DNA of 64,000 nucleotides from an uncultured Pseudomonadota bacterium (GTDB lineage Bacteria; Pseudomonadota; Alphaproteobacteria; Rs-D84): NCBI GenBank assembly GCA_949288265.1, contig CASEJM010000015.1, positions 2,052 to 66,051 of the forward strand, read 5' to 3'. Shown piece by piece: positions 57,411 to 64,000 of this stretch (position 1 is its first letter; each line of letters starts with the position of its first letter). The notes under the pieces were generated by a model. It saw only the letters and a program-made list of their open reading frames with translations, ran no database searches and was not told where the DNA came from. The position numbers and the translations under genes were made by a program.

Positions 57411-59027
57411 ATGAAAAAAGCAGAAACGTTATTAATTGGTATTTTATTAATTGCCGTGGTTACTATAACAGGTGGGGCTGTGTGGTACCATAGTTATGCC
57501 CAAAGGGCAGAAAATAATCATATATATCCAGAATCTAAATATGGGAATTTTTTAGCTGCCCAACATGCTATTTATGTAAATGATTTTGAAAGCGCATCTA
57601 AGTTTTCGGCAAAACTTACTGACACAGATTATACGATAGTTCAATCAACAAAATTCTTGTCTGATTTTTTAAGTGGTGTGATGCCTGAAAATGTATCTGT
57701 ATTAAAAGAAGAAAAAACGGCCGCGTCACGCTTAATTTACGATGCATACTTAGTTCAGCAAGACAAATGGGAAGAATTATATAAACGTCATAAGAAAGAT
57801 GAGTCCGCGTTGGCGGCCCCGCTTAGAATATGGGCATCTGTTGCGAACGACAAGGAAAAAGACGCTTTAAAATTCATAAAAACTCTTCCGACAAATGAAT
57901 CTTGGCAAAATTTTATCAGTGGTCAGATATATGCAGAAACAGGTGATATAGAGAAAGCATCTGAATATTTTGCAAAAGTTCGTGTAGACTTCATGAACAT
58001 TAATGACTACTTATATCTTATGTCATTTTATCATCATAATAATTTAATGGATGCTGCCCATAAGCTGCACGATGATTTTACAACAAGACCGGGTGGAATG
58101 TATATGCTGGATTACGAAAACATTCCAGATTGGTCCATGTTTTCTGGATTAAAGAATGCATTAGCGTTCAGTTTGGTACAGACGGTATCACATACCCAGA
58201 TAATGATGTATTCTGATTTATCTATTTTGCTGTTACGTTTTGCTCAGATAACCAGTCCTGATTTTGGTAAAAATAGTGACGCAATAAATTATTATCTTGG
58301 TCAATTTTTCTATAATAATGTAGGAGACTATAAGACATATTTTAATAATATTTCTAAAGAAAGTCCTTTTTATTTATTTTCTGTACTTCGTCAGGCAGAA
58401 AAAACTGGTGACGTAAAAGAATTAAAATATGCGCTTAAAGAAAATCCTCTTTTCGTGCCAGCGATAAATAAACTTATAGCGTACAACATTCAACAAGGGA
58501 AAAAACGTGCGGCTTTAAACGTAGTAAATATGGCTCTGAAAGATGAAAATTTAACAGATTTAGCTAAAGCTTTCTTTTTAAAGAGCAGGGCACACATTTA
58601 TTATGTCTTTAATGAAATAGATAAAGCACAAGCAGATTTACATGATGCTTCTAAAACACTACCATTAGACGGGGAAATATTGGCATTACAAGCAAAAATA
58701 TGGGCATCTCAAGGGCGCGAAATTGAAAACGCTTATGATTATGCGATGACTTTGGTCAAACAAGACCCAACTGATGTAATGGCATGGGATACTTTGGCGC
58801 GTGTAATAACCGTAAGAGAAGGAATAAAACCTGCTTTAGACGTATTAGTAAGAGTAGGAGAAGTTTCTGTATCTTGCTCTTCATTATTTGAGCAACTTGG
58901 CGACTTATATGTTGCCGCCGGAGACGAAAAACTAGCGCGAGATGCGTACTTACGCGCAATAGAACTGTCTGATGACGGTTTGGTTGTCGTCTCAAAAATT
59001 CAAAAGAAATTAAGGGAAGTAAAATGA
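57411..59027 (+). CDS. Membrane-anchored TPR-repeat protein
   Basis: N-terminal TM helix, then multiple TPR-like helical repeats. ATGA overlap with gpsA. Confidence 0.5.
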   Translation: MKKAETLLIGILLIAVVTITGGAVWYHSYAQRAENNHIYPESKYGNFLAAQHAIYVNDFESASKFSAKLTDTDYTIVQSTKFLSDFLSGVMPENVSVLKEEKTAASRLIYDAYLVQQDKWEELYKRHKKDESALAAPLRIWASVANDKEKDALKFIKTLPTNESWQNFISGQIYAETGDIEKASEYFAKVRVDFMNINDYLYLMSFYHHNNLMDAAHKLHDDFTTRPGGMYMLDYENIPDWSMFSGLKNALAFSLVQTVSHTQIMMYSDLSILLLRFAQITSPDFGKNSDAINYYLGQFFYNNVGDYKTYFNNISKESPFYLFSVLRQAEKTGDVKELKYALKENPLFVPAINKLIAYNIQQGKKRAALNVVNMALKDENLTDLAKAFFLKSRAHIYYVFNEIDKAQADLHDASKTLPLDGEILALQAKIWASQGREIENAYDYAMTLVKQDPTDVMAWDTLARVITVREGIKPALDVLVRVGEVSVSCSSLFEQLGDLYVAAGDEKLARDAYLRAIELSDDGLVVVSKIQKKLREVK

Positions 59028-59890
59028 AAGTTGGTGTAATAGGTGCAGGCGCGTGGGGAACCGCGCTGGCAATCGTCTCTGCACGTGGCGGAGCAGACGT
59101 TAGTTTATGGTCTTATGAGGGCAGTTTTAAAGAATTTGATGGCGTTGAAATGCCCGAAACGACTCATATAACTAGCGACATGAAAGAAATAGGGCAGTGC
59201 GAAATATGGTTAATCGTTACTCCGGCTGCATATTTCCGTGAAACTTTACGCAAAGCAAAAGAAGTATACAACAATCAACCAGTTATTATTTGTACCAAAG
59301 GTGCGGAAAGCGCTACTGGTGATTTTATGTCAGAAATAATGTCTAAAGAATTACCAAACGCAAAAGATTTTGGGGTATTATCTGGTCCCCAGTTTGCGGC
59401 AGAGGTTGCACGTGGCGTACCAACAGGCAGTACATTAGCAGGTACACCAAAAGCTGTTGAAGCCGGTAAAAAAGTTTTAAATAAATTATATATTAACCCA
59501 AGCGATGATGTAATAGGGGCAGAAATTTGCGGTGTCGGTAAAAATGCTGTGGCATTAATATGCGGTTATAATTCAATCGCCGCGAACGGTGAAAACGAAA
59601 GAGCAATGATATTCACGCGCGCATGGAACGAAGTTATGAATATTGGTCTTAAATGCGGGGCAAAAATAGAAACGTTTTTAGACTTATGTGGAATAGGGGA
59701 CTTGTTCTTATCCGCAACATCTGCAACCAGCCGTAATTTTGCGGGTGGAATGGCAATTGCTCGCGGGGAAGAACTTGTGGGTACCGTAGAAGGAGTTTTT
59801 GCGCTGGCGGGTTTAATACGTCGCGCCCAAAATATGGAAATTCCGACCCCCGTATTGATTGAAATGCAGAAAAAAATGAAATTATCTTAA
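59024..59890 (+). CDS. gpsA: NAD(P)H-dependent glycerol-3-phosphate dehydrogenase
   Basis: Rossmann motif MKVGVIGAGAWGTALA. GpsA catalytic-region conservation (GPQFAAEVARGVPT, GVGKNAVALICG). Slightly short at the C-terminus (288 aa). Confidence 0.8.
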   Translation: MKVGVIGAGAWGTALAIVSARGGADVSLWSYEGSFKEFDGVEMPETTHITSDMKEIGQCEIWLIVTPAAYFRETLRKAKEVYNNQPVIICTKGAESATGDFMSEIMSKELPNAKDFGVLSGPQFAAEVARGVPTGSTLAGTPKAVEAGKKVLNKLYINPSDDVIGAEICGVGKNAVALICGYNSIAANGENERAMIFTRAWNEVMNIGLKCGAKIETFLDLCGIGDLFLSATSATSRNFAGGMAIARGEELVGTVEGVFALAGLIRRAQNMEIPTPVLIEMQKKMKLS

Positions 59891-59917
59891 AAGACCCGCT
59901 TTTGCGGGTCTAATTTT

Positions 59918-61135
59918 TTATTCATACCTTAAACTATCTATCGGGTTTAACTTTGCTGCTTTCATTGCGGGCATAACCCCAGAGGCCAAACCAACAACGA
60001 CGGCAACACTTACCGATACTATAACTGGCCAAACGCTAAATGGGACATTATACCCCATTACGAAACGACCAATTCCCTGGGATAAACCGACACCAAACAA
60101 TAAACCTGCCATAGAACCCATAAATGATATTAAAATCGCTTCGGATAAAAACTGTACAATTATATGTCTTTCACGCGCACCTATCGCCTTTCTAATTCCA
60201 ATTTCACGGGTACGTTCTGCAACAGATACAAGCATCATATTCATAATACCAATAGAACCAACCAATAAAGATACAGCAGCAATAGCAACCAATAACAAAG
60301 TCATATACCCAGTAACTGTATCCATTGCTTCCATAACCTGTTTCATATCCATTATCTGGAAGTCATCTGCCGCATCATCTGCCAAGTTATGACGTTCACG
60401 CAATAAAGCAGTTATCTGTTCTATTACCAGCGCATTATCCGCCCCATCGTTTAACTTTAGTGTTATCATGCTGACCGAATTCGGGAAACGACTTCCTTGT
60501 AAACGTTTTTTTAGCGTTGTAATTGGGATAATTACCATATCGTCTTGACTTCCCATGGCAGAATCACCACGTTCTTTTGTTACACCAATAACTGTAAGAG
60601 GGGTATTTTGAATACGTATTATTTCACCAACTGGGTTTTCAGGCATGTTTAATTCTTCAGCAGTTTGCGGTCCGATTATTGCGTATGTTGATGCGTTTCT
60701 AACTGCTGACTGATTAAAAAAGGTACCGTATTTCATTTCTAGATTTTGAACCTGTTCATAACCAGGATAAACGCCAACCATTGACGTTGCCCAGTTTTGG
60801 TTTCCATAAATAACCTGTGCAGAAGCATTCTGAACTGGGCTATACGATGCAACGTCCGGAAGCTGTCCTATAAATTCAGCGTCTTGCATAGTCAAAGTCT
60901 GTCGATTTCCCGTTCTGACACCGGCACTTTGCGCGGCGCCAGCACGTATCATTATCGTATTCGTACCAAGAGAAGAAAATTGATCGCTAATTTGCTTTGA
61001 TACAGTTTCACCAACGGCGACCATTATAACAACCGCCATAACACCGATGACAATACCCAAAACAGTCAAGAACGAACGAATTTTATTTCCACTGATTGAT
61101 AACCACGATTCTTTTAAAATATCATTGAATGTCAT
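59918..61135 (-). CDS. ABC transporter permease, MacB/FtsX family
   Basis: N-terminal TM helix, a large periplasmic domain and a C-terminal FtsX-type 3-TM bundle. Confidence 0.75.
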   Translation of the reverse strand: MTFNDILKESWLSISGNKIRSFLTVLGIVIGVMAVVIMVAVGETVSKQISDQFSSLGTNTIMIRAGAAQSAGVRTGNRQTLTMQDAEFIGQLPDVASYSPVQNASAQVIYGNQNWATSMVGVYPGYEQVQNLEMKYGTFFNQSAVRNASTYAIIGPQTAEELNMPENPVGEIIRIQNTPLTVIGVTKERGDSAMGSQDDMVIIPITTLKKRLQGSRFPNSVSMITLKLNDGADNALVIEQITALLRERHNLADDAADDFQIMDMKQVMEAMDTVTGYMTLLLVAIAAVSLLVGSIGIMNMMLVSVAERTREIGIRKAIGARERHIIVQFLSEAILISFMGSMAGLLFGVGLSQGIGRFVMGYNVPFSVWPVIVSVSVAVVVGLASGVMPAMKAAKLNPIDSLRYE

Positions 61136-61161
61136 TTCATTACCTATTTGTTAAATTCTTA

Positions 61162-61905
61162 TTATTTCTGTAAAACGCGCTCATCACGAGGAACTTTTCC
61201 ATCATAAGTTATGCGACCGTCATAAATATGAATTAAACGATTAGAATATTGCGCAATTTCAAACTCGTGGGTAATCATAACAATTGTTATCCCCATCTCT
61301 TCGTTTAACTTTTTAAAAAACTGTAAAATATCGTTACCCATTTTACTGTCCAATGCCCCCGTAGGTTCATCAGCTAAAATTAATTTAGGGTTTCCAGCCA
61401 GCGCACGAGCAATTGCAACACGTTGCTTCATACCACCAGAAAGCTGCGTCGGTAAATATGATTCAAAATTTTCCAAACCTACCCGTTTCAACATTTCACG
61501 CGCGCGTCTTATACGTTCTGCCATTGGCAAACCACGATACATTAATGGTAACATAACGTTATCTAGTACGCTTCGTTTAGCTAACAAATTAAATTGCTGA
61601 AAAACAAAACCTATATACTCATTTCTTACAACAGCCAATTCATCAGAAGACAGATGAGTAACATCTTTGCCGTACAATTTATACGTACCACTTGTTGGTG
61701 TATCTAAGGCACCGATTATATTCATGCACGTTGATTTACCACTTCCAGACGGCCCCATAATAGAAACGAATTCACCCTGATTTACGTCAAAAGTTATATC
61801 AAACAAGACCTGTTGTTCCCCGCCCATTTCAACAGGAAAGCTTTTACAAATCTTATTCATAGAAATTATATTTACATCTGATTTTTTATCTTTGGTTTTC
61901 TTCAT
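61162..61905 (-). CDS. ABC transporter ATP-binding protein (MacB/LolD-type)
   Basis: Walker A GPSGSGKST, ABC signature LSGGMKQRVAIARAL, Walker B ILADEPTGALD. Confidence 0.85.
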   Translation of the reverse strand: MKKTKDKKSDVNIISMNKICKSFPVEMGGEQQVLFDITFDVNQGEFVSIMGPSGSGKSTCMNIIGALDTPTSGTYKLYGKDVTHLSSDELAVVRNEYIGFVFQQFNLLAKRSVLDNVMLPLMYRGLPMAERIRRAREMLKRVGLENFESYLPTQLSGGMKQRVAIARALAGNPKLILADEPTGALDSKMGNDILQFFKKLNEEMGITIVMITHEFEIAQYSNRLIHIYDGRITYDGKVPRDERVLQK

Positions 61906-61990
61906 ATTAATTCTCTCTTTACCCGTAAAATTATATCACGTATAGCAATTTTTTTTACAAAAAAATGGGGCTATGCCCCATTATAAATTA

Positions 61991-63175
61991 TTACATTGGT
62001 GGTCCCATACGCATTCTAGATGAACCAGAAGATGTCATTCCATATTTACCAAAAATGACTCTATCTCCATCTTGAATATCATCTGAAATTATTTCTGTTT
62101 CTGTTGCTGTAACTAAGCCTTTTGTATAAGGGACCAAAACTACAGTTGGTTCACCATTTACCATTCGTTGTAAAGCTAAATGAGTACTAGGTGTAGCATC
62201 ACCTGCATCATCGACAATACCGTCAAAGTTACGCAATATCAACGCAGAATTTTGTACTTTCCATATATCATTTTTTTCAGAAATTAAAATCGTAACAAAT
62301 GCGGTCATTCCCGGTTTTAAACGCAAGTCGCTATTATCGACATCTATTACAACCGTATAAACAACAACGTTTGAAGTAATTGTTGGAGATAAACGAACTT
62401 GACGAACTTCACCTTCAAAAGTCTGCGTTGGATATGCATCAACCGTAAAGGTAACACTTTGACCTTCTTTTATCATACCTATATCTGCTTCTGACACAGC
62501 AGTTTCTATTTGCATTTTTGATAAATCTTCCGCAATTTCAAACAAATCAGGTGTCTGAAACGACGCGGCAACCGTCTGACCAACGTCAACTTGACGAGAT
62601 ATCACAGTACCATCAACAGGTGAAGTAATCGTTGCATACCCCAAATTTGTAACGGCTCTATCATACTGAGATTGCATCTTATTAACAGACTGTTCAGACT
62701 GTTCATATGTAGTCTGAGATTGTTCTAAATCCGCAAGAGGAATGTAGCCAGCCTCATATAAAGTCTTATTACGTTCGTATTCACTTTTTGCATAATTAAG
62801 TTGCGATTGTGCGCTTACCAAAGATGCGTATGCTTCGTCTACAGAAGCCTGTAATACAGATGGTTCTATTTCTAGAAGTACGTCACCTTTTTTTACCTTT
62901 GAATTATAATCCACATAAATGGCATCTATGGTACCACTGACCTGAGAACCGACATTAATAGTATTTAACGGTTGAATTTCACCTGTCGCAGTTACAACTT
63001 GGCGCAAATCCCCTTTGGTAATTGTTGCCGTTGCAAATCCTGTACCTTGATTTTTACTATTCCCCCCCATAAAATACAAAGCAATTCCAGCAACGACTAT
63101 AAATAAAATAAACCACCATTTATGACGTTTTATCCAAGACCAAAGACCGCTTTTCTTTTTTTCTTCCTTATTCAT
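61991..63175 (-). CDS. Periplasmic adaptor (membrane fusion) protein, HlyD/MacA family
   Basis: N-terminal TM anchor, coiled-coil hairpin, lipoyl/beta-barrel domains. In an operon with TolC-like and ABC genes. Confidence 0.75.
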   Translation of the reverse strand: MNKEEKKKSGLWSWIKRHKWWFILFIVVAGIALYFMGGNSKNQGTGFATATITKGDLRQVVTATGEIQPLNTINVGSQVSGTIDAIYVDYNSKVKKGDVLLEIEPSVLQASVDEAYASLVSAQSQLNYAKSEYERNKTLYEAGYIPLADLEQSQTTYEQSEQSVNKMQSQYDRAVTNLGYATITSPVDGTVISRQVDVGQTVAASFQTPDLFEIAEDLSKMQIETAVSEADIGMIKEGQSVTFTVDAYPTQTFEGEVRQVRLSPTITSNVVVYTVVIDVDNSDLRLKPGMTAFVTILISEKNDIWKVQNSALILRNFDGIVDDAGDATPSTHLALQRMVNGEPTVVLVPYTKGLVTATETEIISDDIQDGDRVIFGKYGMTSSGSSRMRMGPPM

Positions 63176-64000
63176 CTACTTCTCCCTCCATTAAACCTTC
63201 TTTTATGTCGCCTATTGCCAATGCAAGCGCCGCACGTTTTGTGAACAAATCATATTTTGCCGCATTATTTTGTTTATGAGCATCGGCTAAATCTGCTAAT
63301 GCGGTTTGCCAATCTAGCATAGTTGCTTTACCAACTTTATACATTCCCGCCGTGACTTTTTCTGATTCTTTTGCAGACGCCAGCAAAGTATCCGTCTGAG
63401 TTAAAACCATCTGGGCTGTTTTATAATTCTGATAAGCCGTAAAAACATCTAACATTGCGTTGTCGGTCGTTAAACGTTCTTGTTCTTTTGCTTTCTCATA
63501 ATTAGCCTGAGCAGAACGAACATTATACATATTTGAAAAACCGGCAAATATTGGCATTGATGCCCTAATACCTATACTTCCACTCCATTCGTCTTGCCCC
63601 GCGTTAAATACATCAGATGGTATGTTATTCCATGACAAACTACCACTGGCAGAAATACTTGGAAGATTAGATAAAAAAGCACTATTTCTGCGATGCCACG
63701 CCGCATCTTTGTTCGCCGAGGCGCGTAAAAGATCAGGGCGCTTTTCACGAGCGGTTGCAATCAAATCATCAATGCTTTTATTTTCTGATTCGGAACCGAA
63801 ATCTGATGGCATATCAGCAATTTTTATGTCTTGATCTGCAGGAAAAGATAATTTGGCTAATAAATTACCTTTTGCTATTTCACGGTTGTTCTTTGCCCGC
63901 TCTAAATCCAAAATGCTGCTAGATAACGTAACGTCTGCTTTCAATACATCTGCTTTTGCAACGGCACCCGCTTTAAATTTAGTATCTGCTGTATTCTTTG
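63168..64000 (-). CDS. TolC-family outer-membrane efflux protein; 5' end lies beyond the window
   Basis: TolC-like alpha-helical repeat sequence. The reading frame stays open to position 64000 (upstream in-frame codons translate to ...KNTADTKFKAGAVAKADV with no stop). Its stop overlaps the HlyD start. Confidence 0.65.
   Translation of the reverse strand, partial: KNTADTKFKAGAVAKADVLKADVTLSSSILDLERAKNNREIAKGNLLAKLSFPADQDIKIADMPSDFGSESENKSIDDLIATAREKRPDLLRASANKDAAWHRRNSAFLSNLPSISASGSLSWNNIPSDVFNAGQDEWSGSIGIRASMPIFAGFSNMYNVRSAQANYEKAKEQERLTTDNAMLDVFTAYQNYKTAQMVLTQTDTLLASAKESEKVTAGMYKVGKATMLDWQTALADLADAHKQNNAAKYDLFTKRAALALAIGDIKEGLMEGEVDE

Noticed and set aside
1-64000. Search for rRNA genes, IS elements, transposase or integrase ORFs, and toxin-antitoxin pairs
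   Set aside because: No ORF showed DDE/HUH transposase, tyrosine/serine recombinase or typical TA motifs, and no rRNA-like conserved stretches were seen. The accessory regions appear to lack recognisable mobility genes in this window.

Overview
This 64 kb window is a low-GC (about 35-40% by eye) Gram-negative bacterial chromosome segment. Conserved housekeeping genes form a backbone: dnaX, skp-lpxD-fabZ, rpoH, yfgM/bamB-like, der, nusA-infB, lptF/G-lptD-surA-rlmN, pnp-rpsO-truB, mutS, xseB, infC, a family-4 UDG, pal, parB-parA-rsmG, gpsA and a MacAB/HlyD/TolC-type efflux operon. The envelope gene content (Lpt, Pal, Skp, RpoH) and the parAB-rsmG arrangement fit Proteobacteria; an intracellular or amoeba-associated alphaproteobacterium-like lineage is an inference only.

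Several accessory islands are interleaved with this backbone:
- 1-8902: a cluster of large, cysteine-rich, signal-peptide proteins with no recognisable enzymatic domains. They flank a very AT-rich gene for a BspA-type leucine-rich-repeat protein whose C-terminus carries the protein-kinase motifs in canonical order.
- 9984-14964: an operon of three unusually large (400-470 aa) type IV prepilin-like proteins, a zinc-ribbon membrane protein and a secreted protein. A further solitary pilin and an OmpA-like lipoprotein lie at 16986-18149.
- 22970-25192: an orphan VirD4/TraG-like type IV coupling protein.
- 28650-31145: an orphan phage tail-fibre (T7 gp17-like N-terminal domain) with its Tfa chaperone, inserted between a short bamB-like gene and der.
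- 42489-45594: three tandem, divergent TrpF/PRAI-like paralogs. The first is translationally coupled to rlmN; two share a ~119 bp gene-conversion tract; a tRNA-Val gene abuts the third.

Other observations: infC starts at an AUU codon that the ORF track missed; there are two parS-like palindromes between parA and rsmG; and the usual rimP and rbfA genes are missing from their canonical positions. No rRNA, CRISPR array or IS element was seen. All domain calls are from motif reading by eye, with no searches run.
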